A stretch of 62,064 bases of DNA from a virus (IMGVR_UViG_3300015360_000003:1-62064), one strand, 5' to 3'; counted from the first letter of the stretch, positions 1 to 7,632 are shown. The notes: generated by a model not told the origin, from the letters alone. Made by a program: numbers and translations.

Positions 1-192
1 TCCCATGTGCGAGCCTTCGAGCGTGGCAGGTGGGTAATCATCGGTTAATCCCATGTGCGAGCCTTCGAGCGTGGCAGGTGGGTAAGCCTCGGTTACTCCC
101 ATGTGCGAGCCTTCGAGCGTGGCAGGTGGGTAATCATCGGTTAATCCCATGTGCGAGCCTTCGAGCGTGGCAGGTGGGTAAGCCTCGGTTAC
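1..192. repeat. 48-bp tandem repeat array, 4 units, continuing from the window end
   Basis: TCCCATGTGCGAGCCTTCGAGCGTGGCAGGTGGGTAA-(TCATCGGTTAA or GCCTCGGTTAC) at 1, 49, 97, 145; two variants alternate. Confidence 0.97.
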
Positions 193-242
193 TCCCTACG
201 CGGGTCGGGCGACTATCCGCAATGGGATAGTCGCCCGGTCGG

Positions 243-458
243 TTAACAGTGATGCAATGTACCGGCTTCTAAAATGTACAGTGTAGATAGGATCGTAGCT
301 AACGGAATACGAAACTTCCTATGCACGAGTTTGGCTACCCGTCGGATCGGATAGCCCTGTTCGACCACTAAGAAGTCAAGGATTCCTGCGGCTGCGAATG
401 AATCGTTATGCCCCAAGTCAATTAAGGCCAGTTCTACTGTTCGGCGCATTTTATTCAT
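243..458 (-). CDS. Hypothetical protein
   Basis: 71-aa ORF overlapping the stop of the upstream gene; GAGG upstream. Confidence 0.6.
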   Translation of the reverse strand: MNKMRRTVELALIDLGHNDSFAAAGILDFLVVEQGYPIRRVAKLVHRKFRIPLATILSTLYILEAGTLHHC

Positions 459-651
459 CCTCAGTTAAGGTTTTTTTACGGCCATCGGTGACACCGTGCC
501 AGAAGTCACCAAAGCCGCCGTTAAATGTGGATTGTGTCTGCTTTACGGCGTCGATGCGGGATACTTCCCCGCATACCTTTAGGCCCGCGCAGCCTGCCCC
601 GAATACGGCCACGAGGATAGCGGCGAGCATACCTAGAAGTACTTGAATCAT
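451..651 (-). CDS. Small putative lipoprotein/membrane protein
   Basis: Hydrophobic N-terminus ending FGAGC (lipobox-like). Confidence 0.55.
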   Translation of the reverse strand: MIQVLLGMLAAILVAVFGAGCAGLKVCGEVSRIDAVKQTQSTFNGGFGDFWHGVTDGRKKTLTEDE

Positions 652-758
652 GTTTTTCACCTAGTTTATAAAACCGCCCATCGTAATTAATGGGCGAATA
701 GTAAGACGACTATTCAATCGGCAACGATTCGATTTTACATAAGCGTAAATGTCTTATC

Positions 759-977
759 TTAGCCCTCTAATATTTTAAAATCGATAAAGGAGGATTCACC
801 TGATAGGATCTCCTGCCAATGATCCGCCCAACGCAGGGTATATTCCCCATTCGGGTGATGTATAAGCTGGCTGTACGAATCCCCTTTGATCTCGGCTAAT
901 GTTTTACCCTCATAAGAGCCGGGTATACTACTTCGACAGAGGCCGCGAACGACACATGATGGTTTGTATAAAGGCAT
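759..977 (-). CDS. Hypothetical protein
   Basis: ORF tightly packed in the minus-strand early operon. Confidence 0.6.
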   Translation of the reverse strand: MPLYKPSCVVRGLCRSSIPGSYEGKTLAEIKGDSYSQLIHHPNGEYTLRWADHWQEILSGESSFIDFKILEG

Positions 978-979
978 AT

Positions 980-1177
980 TTACCTGTTGTGCATGATAGG
1001 CGTTATTTTATGTGTGAGGGGGTCGTATTTACAAAGCCGTTTCTTCCAGCCCGGAGGTATGACGATCTCTTTAAAAAGTCGTATGACGTTCTCAAGTGTA
1101 TCGTTGTAAAGTTTTTCGTGGCGGGGCCGATAGCTTTCTTTTTTACCCGTGGCGAGCTGGATGATGTATGTTTCCAT
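980..1177 (-). CDS. Hypothetical protein
   Basis: ORF abutting neighbours on both sides. Confidence 0.6.
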   Translation of the reverse strand: METYIIQLATGKKESYRPRHEKLYNDTLENVIRLFKEIVIPPGWKKRLCKYDPLTHKITPIMHNR

Positions 1178-1471
1178 TTAGCCCACCATTTTCCATACGA
1201 CGCGCATAGCCATGGCTGGCCCTTTGCTATCCGCGATAGCCAAAAGCTTTACGCGGCCTTCTTCTGGTAGTAGGTCAAATATTTTTACAAATGCGGAAGC
1301 ACTAAAAGAGTCGATCATATCGCCGTGCCAACGTGCACACTGTTGTTCATTTAGTATTTTGCGGCAAACATCAATCATGCTCTTAGAGTTCTTACGTCGG
1401 GGAGCGGATCGAATCGTCGATAACACGTCGGCTAGTTCGGCGCGGTCGTTTGTATCTTCAGGTGTTTTCAT
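1178..1471 (-). CDS. Hypothetical phage protein (IDSFSASA motif)
   Basis: 97 aa; GGAAACAAAATG leader; follows hairpin 1. Confidence 0.8.
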   Translation of the reverse strand: MKTPEDTNDRAELADVLSTIRSAPRRKNSKSMIDVCRKILNEQQCARWHGDMIDSFSASAFVKIFDLLPEEGRVKLLAIADSKGPAMAMRVVWKMVG

Positions 1472-1508
1472 TTTGTTTCCAGTGTTTTCATTTTGTTTCC
1501 AGTGTTTT

Positions 1509-1558
1509 AAACGTTCAATCGATTCGCTATCTGCAAATAGCGAATCCGTTGAAAGTTT
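1509..1558 (-). repeat. Intergenic hairpin element, copy 1
   Basis: Top strand AAACGTTCAATCGATTCGCTAT-CTGCAA-ATAGCGAATCCGTTGAAAGTTT. Confidence 0.95.
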
Positions 1559-1592
1559 TACTCAGCTACTGTAGTTTTATACTCCTCAAAAG

Positions 1593-1967
1593 CTACGCGG
1601 TTATCAAACACTCGTTGTTTTCGCAGTCATTGCAGTTATTGCAGTCATTGCAGCGGGCGCAGTCATTGCAGTTATTGCAGTCATTGCAGCGGGCGCAGTC
1701 ATTGCAGTTATTGCAGTGGGTGCATTTGGTGCAGCGGGCGCAGTCATCGCAGTCATTGCAGGTATTGCAGTTATTGCAGTGGGTGCATTTGGTGCAGCGG
1801 GTGCAGTCATTGCAGTCAGCGCAATTGGTGCAGCCGAAGCACTCAACACAATCGTCACAGTGGTAGCAATTGTATAGCGTCGCAAGAGAAGCTCTCGCAA
1901 GCACTTCACTTCCCCATTTTTCAATCGAGGCTCGGTTTTTGTTTTTGTCAGTGATCCAGGTTTTCAT
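1593..1967 (-). CDS. Cys-rich CxxC repeat protein (family D)
   Basis: KTWITD..NRASIEKWGSE N-terminus, then Cys every third residue; paralogue of 2339-2833 and 53135-53737. Confidence 0.85.
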   Translation of the reverse strand: MKTWITDKNKNRASIEKWGSEVLARASLATLYNCYHCDDCVECFGCTNCADCNDCTRCTKCTHCNNCNTCNDCDDCARCTKCTHCNNCNDCARCNDCNNCNDCARCNDCNNCNDCENNECLITA

Positions 1968-2218
1968 TTTGTTTCCATTGTTTTAAACATTAAAAAATCG
2001 GGGGGGTAGATAGTCAGTATAAAATCTAAACAGGTGGTAAATTCGGACACGGATAGATCCATCTCGGTGCGGAAATGCATTTTGTATCCATCGATTTTCA
2101 TTCGCTGGATACAGGTCCCGAACCCTTTAATATGCAGGTGGTTTTTTGAGTACGAGTAGCCGCCTTTACTGCTACGGCGTAGTCGGTTGATCTCCGCGAT
2201 TATCTTGTCAGTGCCCAT
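1964..2218 (-). CDS. Hypothetical protein (family C)
   Basis: MGTDKIIAEINRLRRSSK...; paralogue of 6692-6922; C-terminus extended by an extra base in a G7 run. Confidence 0.8.
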   Translation of the reverse strand: MGTDKIIAEINRLRRSSKGGYSYSKNHLHIKGFGTCIQRMKIDGYKMHFRTEMDLSVSEFTTCLDFILTIYPPDFLMFKTMETK

Positions 2219-2236
2219 AATTGTTTCCAGTGGTTT

Positions 2237-2286
2237 AAACATTCAATCGATTCGCTATCTGCAAATAGCGAATCCGTTGAAAGTTT
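2237..2286 (-). repeat. Intergenic hairpin element, copy 2
   Basis: One substitution relative to copy 1. Confidence 0.95.
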
Positions 2287-2338
2287 TACTCGGTTACTGT
2301 AGTTTTATACTCCTCAAAAGCTACGCGGTTATCCACCA

Positions 2339-2833
2339 CTAGCTGTTTTCGCAGTCAACACAGTCATTGCAGTTATTGCAGTGGGTGCATTTGGTGCAGC
2401 GGGTGCAGTCATCGCAATCATTGCAGTGGGTACAATCATCACAATCATTGCAGTTATTACAATGGGGGCATTTGGCGCAGTCATTGCAGTTATTGCAATA
2501 AAGGCATTTGGTGCATCGGGTGCATTTGGCGCAGTCATTGCAGTTATTGCAATAAAGGCATTTGGTGCATCGGGTGCATTTGGCGCAGTCATTGCAGTTA
2601 TTGCAATAAAGGCATTTGGTGTATCGGGTGCATTTGGCGCAGCGGGCGCAGTCATCGCAGCGGGCGCAGTCATCGCAATTGGTGCAGCCGAAGCAATCAA
2701 CGCAATCGTCGCAATCGGCGCAATTTCGCAGCGTCACGAGTGAAGCTCTCGCAAGTGCCTCACTTCCCCATTTTTCAATCGAGGCGCGGTTTCTGTTTTC
2801 GTCGGTGATCCAAGTTTTGGGTTTAGTGTTCAT
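2339..2833 (-). CDS. Cys-rich CxxC repeat protein (family D)
   Basis: Same N-terminus as 1593-1967; 18-aa repeat CAKCTRCTKCLYCNNCND x3. Confidence 0.85.
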   Translation of the reverse strand: MNTKPKTWITDENRNRASIEKWGSEALARASLVTLRNCADCDDCVDCFGCTNCDDCARCDDCARCAKCTRYTKCLYCNNCNDCAKCTRCTKCLYCNNCNDCAKCTRCTKCLYCNNCNDCAKCPHCNNCNDCDDCTHCNDCDDCTRCTKCTHCNNCNDCVDCENS

Positions 2834-3021
2834 TCTGTTTCCTTTAAAAGTTTAACTAATACGGCTACGGTTTTTGTGGCGATGCGTCCAGCTTCCATTC
2901 CATCTCGGTATAATTCCGAACCTTGCGGATTTTGGGCATCGATTGTTTCGACGATAAAGTCGTATAAAGTTTCTGCGAATCCGGGCACGGTCACGAAGCG
3001 GTTTACATAGTCAGGGTTCAT
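2830..3021 (-). CDS. Hypothetical protein
   Basis: Likely start MNPDYV after a GAGAAATCAAATG leader; ATGA overlap with the next gene. Confidence 0.7.
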   Translation of the reverse strand: MNPDYVNRFVTVPGFAETLYDFIVETIDAQNPQGSELYRDGMEAGRIATKTVAVLVKLLKETE

Positions 3022-3031
3022 TTGATTTCTC

Positions 3032-3417
3032 GTTTGCGTAAAACTTGGCCGGTGGAAGTCCCGGCTTGGAAGTGGGAGGTTAAAGCCCGAAATCTTCCGG
3101 CTCTTCGCCACGATTCGGCGCGTAGTGATAAATCGCCTCATATTCAGCTTCGGACTCACAGATTATTTGCGCGCCGCGATCGGTGAGTAACACAGTAAAG
3201 CGCTCAGGCGGCAACGGGACTCCGTTCGCGTGTCGCGTAACTCTTATTAATTTGAGAGTTTCCAGCTCCCGAAGATTGGCCGCGCTGTACACGTCCGTAA
3301 AATGCTGGCCATGTTCGTTGCGGTCAATGATCTCGGAAAGGATTTCATGTTTCTGTTTAGTGTTCATTTTGTTTTCCTTGTTTGCGTAAAACTTGGCCGG
3401 TGGAAGTCCCGGCTTGG
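3032..3417. repeat. 38-bp perfect direct repeat (3032-3069 and 3380-3417) flanking one gene
   Basis: GTTTGCGTAAAACTTGGCCGGTGGAAGTCCCGGCTTGG twice; internal GCCGG/CCGGC stem. Confidence 0.95.
3080..3367 (-). CDS. Winged-helix-like small protein (family B)
   Basis: MNTKQK..RNEHGQHFTDVY..L.ELE..LI..LTDRG; paralogue of 6993-7259 and 8271-8489. Confidence 0.75.
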   Translation of the reverse strand: MNTKQKHEILSEIIDRNEHGQHFTDVYSAANLRELETLKLIRVTRHANGVPLPPERFTVLLTDRGAQIICESEAEYEAIYHYAPNRGEEPEDFGL

Positions 3418-3420
3418 GGG

Positions 3421-3687
3421 CTAGTCTTTGAACCATTCGTCGCCGATTTTTTCAAAGCAACCGTGGTCCGCTAGGTAGTAGTTGAACTCTTTATGATTGG
3501 AATCGAGCACAACAAACGCGCCAGGTACACAATGGTTGTCCTTTGCTAGTAGCTCCTTCTCGATCTCCTCTGTCGTGTAGCGCTCGATCTCGCAGTCTGC
3601 GATAGCTGCGGCTCTCGTTTCGCCCGCGCCGAACAGCCAATATCCGTATTGTACGACGGCGAATTTAATAGGGGTTTTAGTGTGCAT
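3421..3687 (-). CDS. Hypothetical protein (family A)
   Basis: KFAVVQYG..GAGETRA..EKIGDEWF; one of four paralogues. Confidence 0.85.
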   Translation of the reverse strand: MHTKTPIKFAVVQYGYWLFGAGETRAAAIADCEIERYTTEEIEKELLAKDNHCVPGAFVVLDSNHKEFNYYLADHGCFEKIGDEWFKD

Positions 3688-3704
3688 TTTGTTTCCATTG
3701 TTTT

Positions 3705-3724
3705 AAACATTCAATCGATTCGCT
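3705..3724 (-). repeat. Truncated half copy of the hairpin element
   Basis: AAACATTCAATCGATTCGCT with no partner arm. Confidence 0.85.
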
Positions 3725-3772
3725 TTATCGAGCCACCAGTTTTCATAATTCTTTTCCGGGCATAAAAATTTA

Positions 3773-4390
3773 TCAGGCTTCGGGACGTGGTGCGCGCATT
3801 GCCATGACGACGGCTTTGCAGTGTCCTTCGTCGTGTTCGATCAAAACTTGGCCGCCTTGATACCAGGAAATCGTAAAAATTCCTTCTCCTTCTTTATTTG
3901 CCGTAGCGTCGGTCAGGTACTCAAGATCTATGCAAGAAGATTGGGAATCGATAATAGACTGAATATCGCCTTTTACGTTGGCTATTCTGAGCGCGAATTT
4001 CAAATCAAATTGTTTCCCGTGTGACGCCCCGAACGAAATCTCTACGGCACCAAATTTACAAATAGTTACTCCCGGGCAGTAATTGTTTTTTAAAAACTTG
4101 GATGTGCCGATCAAAAATTTACGGTCATCTGCGGCTAAGAGCAGCGAGAAAGACGCAAGCAACCTATCCGAATTGTTCGGTAACACGTCACGCCACGACG
4201 GGAAATCGACATCCTCACCGGACAGTGAGAAACCCTTTTCGATTTTTTCACTCGAAACGATGTGGATTCGTTTCCCGTCGGTCGCCACTGTGTAGTCCGT
4301 GTCACGGTACGGCGCACGTAGATTTGGGTAGGCACGATCTTTCGACGTTGCCAGATTTAACCAGTCGGTCGGTGATGATATTTTCGTCAT
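3773..4390 (-). CDS. Sliding-clamp (DNA Pol III beta)-like protein, partial
   Basis: ATSKD..L....VATDGKR motif, FPSWRDVLP, C-terminal AVVMAMR resembling clamp VVMPMR; only 205 aa. Confidence 0.55.
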   Translation of the reverse strand: MTKISSPTDWLNLATSKDRAYPNLRAPYRDTDYTVATDGKRIHIVSSEKIEKGFSLSGEDVDFPSWRDVLPNNSDRLLASFSLLLAADDRKFLIGTSKFLKNNYCPGVTICKFGAVEISFGASHGKQFDLKFALRIANVKGDIQSIIDSQSSCIDLEYLTDATANKEGEGIFTISWYQGGQVLIEHDEGHCKAVVMAMRAPRPEA

Positions 4391-4406
4391 ATGTTTCCAT
4401 TGTTTT

Positions 4407-4458
4407 AAACGTTCAATCGATTCGCTAGTCTCGCGACTAGCGAATCCGGTGAAGGCTT
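4407..4458 (-). repeat. Intergenic hairpin element, copy 3
   Basis: GATTCGCTAGTC-TCGC-GACTAGCGAATC; GCGA (GNRA) loop on the coding strand. Confidence 0.95.
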
Positions 4459-4460
4459 AA

Positions 4461-5075
4461 TTAAGATTGGGTTTGAGTATGGATTGCCCGAAGCATTTTC
4501 AATACTTGAGGATCTTCAATTGCGTTCCAAAGAAAGTCATCTATATGATTGCTACATACCAAAGCTTCAGCTATGGATTTTTCCCATAGCTCGCCAACAT
4601 CGATGTATGAGTTTATGAATGCTTCGAGTAGCACGGCGATTTGGTTATGGTCCCAAGTCAAGACATTACTTGCCCAATCGGATAAGTCGCTGGAGTAAAA
4701 CGATAAGAAACCGGACCGGGACGTAAAGCATTTTTTAATTTGTCTACGCAGTAGTGCCGGATCTACTAGACTGAACACGCGCAAAACCTCCGCGTCTTCG
4801 ATGGTACAAAATATCTGGTCGGTTTGGAAATTGTACTCGCGTGGACTGATTAGTTTTTCAAACGAGATGGCTATGCTGAAGGTATGTGCGAATTGTTCGG
4901 TGTAGTTTTTTGCGTACTGAGAAAAAACCGCCGGCCAACAAATAGCCGCGAATATTACAGCAGAGTTTGGGCATGAGGTGTCCTCAGTACCTTTAATCAG
5001 GTGATCGTAGGCGGTATCCACGGCGTCGGCATGTTCAGTCTGGTAGAATCCTGCGAATGGTAATGTCGTCTTCAT
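4461..5075 (-). CDS. Hypothetical phage protein (PFAGFY/SPREYNF/SRSGFLSFY motifs)
   Basis: ~204-aa ORF between two hairpins; GGAAAAC leader. Confidence 0.85.
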   Translation of the reverse strand: MKTTLPFAGFYQTEHADAVDTAYDHLIKGTEDTSCPNSAVIFAAICWPAVFSQYAKNYTEQFAHTFSIAISFEKLISPREYNFQTDQIFCTIEDAEVLRVFSLVDPALLRRQIKKCFTSRSGFLSFYSSDLSDWASNVLTWDHNQIAVLLEAFINSYIDVGELWEKSIAEALVCSNHIDDFLWNAIEDPQVLKMLRAIHTQTQS

Positions 5076-5093
5076 AATGTTTTCCGTTTGTTT

Positions 5094-5143
5094 AAACAAT
5101 CAATTGATCCGCTATCTGCGACTAGCGAATCTGTTGAGGGTTT
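5094..5143 (-). repeat. Intergenic hairpin element, copy 4 (degenerate)
   Basis: AAACAATCAATTGATCCGCTA...TAGCGAATCTGTTGAGGGTTT. Confidence 0.8.
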
Positions 5144-5154
5144 ATAAACTCTTC

Positions 5155-5553
5155 TTATAGCCACCGGGATGTAAGAGCATAACCACCGTCGGGATCTCGC
5201 ACGTCCGCACCTAGTCCGTTTCTGCCATAGTCTTTACCGGCCTCTGCGGGAATATATCCCTGCGGGAATAGCGCACGCCCTAATGCGTAGATAGTATGAA
5301 ACCCCATGTCCATGCCACAGCCATTTATGCTTAGCGCAGGAGTGCCGCGCAGCGACACAAGACGCAGGCCAAGTACTGCTGCCATCGGGCAGGTAATTCC
5401 GGTTATTTCCCCGTCACGGAGAATAAAAAAACTGATTTTTCGATTCATGCCCGAACGACTCACGGATCGCAGAACGCAGTACACGGTATCGCCGGGCTTC
5501 AACACTGCGCATAGGTGATTACGGTCATCTTCGCGATCTTTTTGCTTTGTCAT
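5155..5553 (-). CDS. Hypothetical phage protein (SVSRSGM/GCGMDMGF motifs)
   Basis: ORF between hairpins; AGGAAAAC leader. Confidence 0.85.
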   Translation of the reverse strand: MTKQKDREDDRNHLCAVLKPGDTVYCVLRSVSRSGMNRKISFFILRDGEITGITCPMAAVLGLRLVSLRGTPALSINGCGMDMGFHTIYALGRALFPQGYIPAEAGKDYGRNGLGADVRDPDGGYALTSRWL

Positions 5554-5571
5554 AATTGTTTTCCTTGTTTT

Positions 5572-5624
5572 AAACATTCAATCGATTCGCTAGTCGCCGT
5601 GCCTAGCGAATCTGTTGAAAGTTT
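5572..5624 (-). repeat. Intergenic hairpin element, copy 5
   Basis: GATTCGCTAG...CTAGCGAATC; overlaps the TAA of 5623-5916. Confidence 0.95.
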
Positions 5625-5916
5625 AACAACCTAATTCCCCAATTTCGCGGTAGCAGTGAGTGCATTGAGCAGCTGACTCTTCCCCCACTTCTACGCCTAC
5701 CGCTTCATAAGCTTGCCCAATAATTTGCCATTCGTTCGCTTCTCGTAAAAGTGTAGCTTTGAGTACTAGTCGGATGTTGTCCTTAATACACGTAGCGCAT
5801 AGCAGGTCGCCGCAAACTGTGACTCCTAACCGATCATAGCAGCCGGGGAAAGTGCAAGGATGGCGGGTAATGCTTTTAACTATTTTGTTACCCGCAAAGT
5901 TTAGTGCTTTTTTCAT
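5623..5916 (-). CDS. Hypothetical protein with two CxxC pairs
   Basis: FPGCY..LCATC..CTHC; GGGAAAC leader. Confidence 0.8.
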   Translation of the reverse strand: MKKALNFAGNKIVKSITRHPCTFPGCYDRLGVTVCGDLLCATCIKDNIRLVLKATLLREANEWQIIGQAYEAVGVEVGEESAAQCTHCYREIGELGC

Positions 5917-5952
5917 AAGTGTTTCCCTTGTTTTAAAGTGTTAACGGCTTCG

Positions 5953-6315
5953 CTAGTCGGCTAAATAGTCAGCTGACAAGCCGTATGTTTTCACGCCGTC
6001 CACATGTACATTATCGAGATCTCCGGCTCCTGGCATACACGGAGAGCAAAACGCGCAATTGATAATGTGAGGCGATTTAAACACGAATAAAAAGTAAGAA
6101 TCGGTCGCGTAGTGACAAATCAAACCGTTTTTGTTGTACGAGAATCCCAATGGTTCGGCGAAGTCGTCGTCATCGGATAAACCTTCAGGATATTCCGCAT
6201 CGAAGTTTTGCAGCCAATCAGGATCGCAGGAGTTCAGCGAGATCACACCGTAGCGAATTCCCGTTTCTACGTCGATGTTAGCTTTGCCGTGTCCGTAGTC
6301 TATTCCGATGTACAT
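5953..6315 (-). CDS. Hypothetical phage protein (ETGIRYGVIS/CSPCMPGAGDL motifs)
   Basis: 120 aa, acidic; AGGAAAC leader after hairpin 6. Confidence 0.85.
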   Translation of the reverse strand: MYIGIDYGHGKANIDVETGIRYGVISLNSCDPDWLQNFDAEYPEGLSDDDDFAEPLGFSYNKNGLICHYATDSYFLFVFKSPHIINCAFCSPCMPGAGDLDNVHVDGVKTYGLSADYLAD

Positions 6316-6331
6316 GGGTTTCCTTTTTTTT

Positions 6332-6383
6332 AAACATTCAATCGATTCGCTAGTCGCGTGCCTAGCGAATCTGTTGAACGTTT
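6332..6383 (-). repeat. Intergenic hairpin element, copy 6
   Basis: Conserved arms; overlaps the TAA of 6382-6669. Confidence 0.95.
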
Positions 6384-6669
6384 AGGCCTCGAACCAAGCA
6401 CCACCGAATTTTTCGTAGCCTCCTTGATTCTGTAGGTAGTCGTCGAAGTCTCTGTGGTCGGATTCGAGTACTACGAATTTTCCGTCGGTCCCGAAATCGT
6501 GGTGATCGAGCAGCTCGCTCTCGATCTCCGCCGGAGTGAGAAGATCGCCGGAGCCGTCGCCGTTTTCAATTTGAGCGTTAGCGAGTGCTAACGCTCGCGT
6601 CTCGCCAGCACCGAACACGCAAGAGCCGAGTTCTATCAACGCGAATTTGAGCGGGTTCTTGTTTTTCAT
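6382..6669 (-). CDS. Hypothetical protein (family A)
   Basis: KFALIELG..GAGETRA..ESDHRDFDDYL..GGYEKFG..WF. Confidence 0.85.
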   Translation of the reverse strand: MKNKNPLKFALIELGSCVFGAGETRALALANAQIENGDGSGDLLTPAEIESELLDHHDFGTDGKFVVLESDHRDFDDYLQNQGGYEKFGGAWFEA

Positions 6670-6691
6670 TTTGTTTTCCTTTTGTTAAAAA

Positions 6692-6922
6692 TTAAAAAAT
6701 CGGTGGGTAGGTAGTCAGTATGGACGTTAAACGTGCGTTAAATTCGGACACGGATAGATCCATCATGGTGTCGAACTGTGTCTCGTATCCGTCGATCTTC
6801 ATACGCTGAATCCAAGTGCCGAATCCTTTAAGGTGTATATGGTTGTTCGAGTACCAATACCATCGGTTTTTACTGCTGCGTCGTAGCTGATTGATCTCCG
6901 CGATTATTTTGTCAGTGTTCAT
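6692..6922 (-). CDS. Hypothetical protein (family C)
   Basis: Paralogue of 1964-2218. Confidence 0.85.
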   Translation of the reverse strand: MNTDKIIAEINQLRRSSKNRWYWYSNNHIHLKGFGTWIQRMKIDGYETQFDTMMDLSVSEFNARLTSILTTYPPIF

Positions 6923-6944
6923 AATTGTTTCCTTGTGTGTGCGT

Positions 6945-6992
6945 AACCATTCAATCGATCACCTAGCCGCGACTAGGTGATCTGTTAAACGC
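6945..6992 (-). repeat. Intergenic hairpin element, copy 7
   Basis: TTCAATC-GATCACCTAG-CCGCGA-CTAGGTGATC-TGTT: different upper-stem sequence, pairing kept. Confidence 0.9.
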
Positions 6993-7259
6993 TCAGGCTT
7001 CGATCTCCTCCTCGAATTCCATCGGACTGGCCCAATCATCGGCGTACGCATCTTCGTCGTCGTCGGTGACATCCACAGTCCAATAATCCGGTCCGTATGG
7101 GATGCCAGTTTCGAGATGCACCGGACGATCAATCTCAATTGACCCCTCCGCTTCTAGCTCGATTAAATCAGCGTGATTGTAGAGGTCCGTAAAATGCTGG
7201 CCGCGCTCGTTGCGTGTCGTAATCTTCGAGATGATTTTGTGTTTCTGTTCATTGTTCAT
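6993..7259 (-). CDS. Winged-helix-like small protein with acidic tail (family B)
   Basis: RNERGQHFTDLY..L.ELEAEG.I; D/E-rich C-terminus. Confidence 0.8.
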   Translation of the reverse strand: MNNEQKHKIISKITTRNERGQHFTDLYNHADLIELEAEGSIEIDRPVHLETGIPYGPDYWTVDVTDDDEDAYADDWASPMEFEEEIEA

Positions 7260-7283
7260 TTTGTTGTCCTTTTAAAGTTAAAG

Positions 7284-7565
7284 CTACGCCTCGAACCAGT
7301 CATTACCGATTTTGTTATAATAGCCGTGATCAGCTAAATATCCGTCAAAATCTTCATGGTCGGATTCGAGCACAAAGAACGTAGCGTCTACACCGTAGCT
7401 ATACTCTTCGAGCAGCTCGCTCTCGATCTCAGCAGGAGTATAGCGCTTGCCGTTAATGCGCTCGATCTCGCAGTCCGCGACGGCTTCGGCTCTCGTTTCG
7501 CCAGTGCCGTGTACACAATAACCGTATTGGATAACGGCGAATTTGATGGGGGTTTTAGTGTGCAT
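7284..7565 (-). CDS. Hypothetical protein (family A)
   Basis: MHTKTPIKFAV N-terminus identical to 3421-3687. Confidence 0.85.
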   Translation of the reverse strand: MHTKTPIKFAVIQYGYCVHGTGETRAEAVADCEIERINGKRYTPAEIESELLEEYSYGVDATFFVLESDHEDFDGYLADHGYYNKIGNDWFEA

Positions 7566-7582
7566 TTTGGTTTCCTTTTTTT

Positions 7583-7632
7583 AAACGTTCAATCGATCAG
7601 CCAGGCGAACCTGGCCGATCCGTTGAAAGTTT
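7583..7632 (-). repeat. Intergenic hairpin element, copy 8
   Basis: GATCAGCCAGG-CGAA-CCTGGCCGATC; UUCG loop on the coding strand. Confidence 0.95.

Noticed and set aside
1-192. CRISPR array
   Set aside because: Units are contiguous near-identical 48-mers with no unique spacers; no cas operon
30-230. 66-aa repeat ORF on the plus strand
   Set aside because: Stop-free frame of the tandem repeat, antisense to neighbouring genes, no SD
1604-2855. Thr/Ala-rich 'antifreeze-like' and Gln/Ser-rich ORFs (1604-1924, 2329-2700, 2381-2743, 2616-2855; also 53425-53607)
   Set aside because: Alternate-frame or antisense shadows of the Cys-repeat genes, which have the proper leader and a conserved N-terminus
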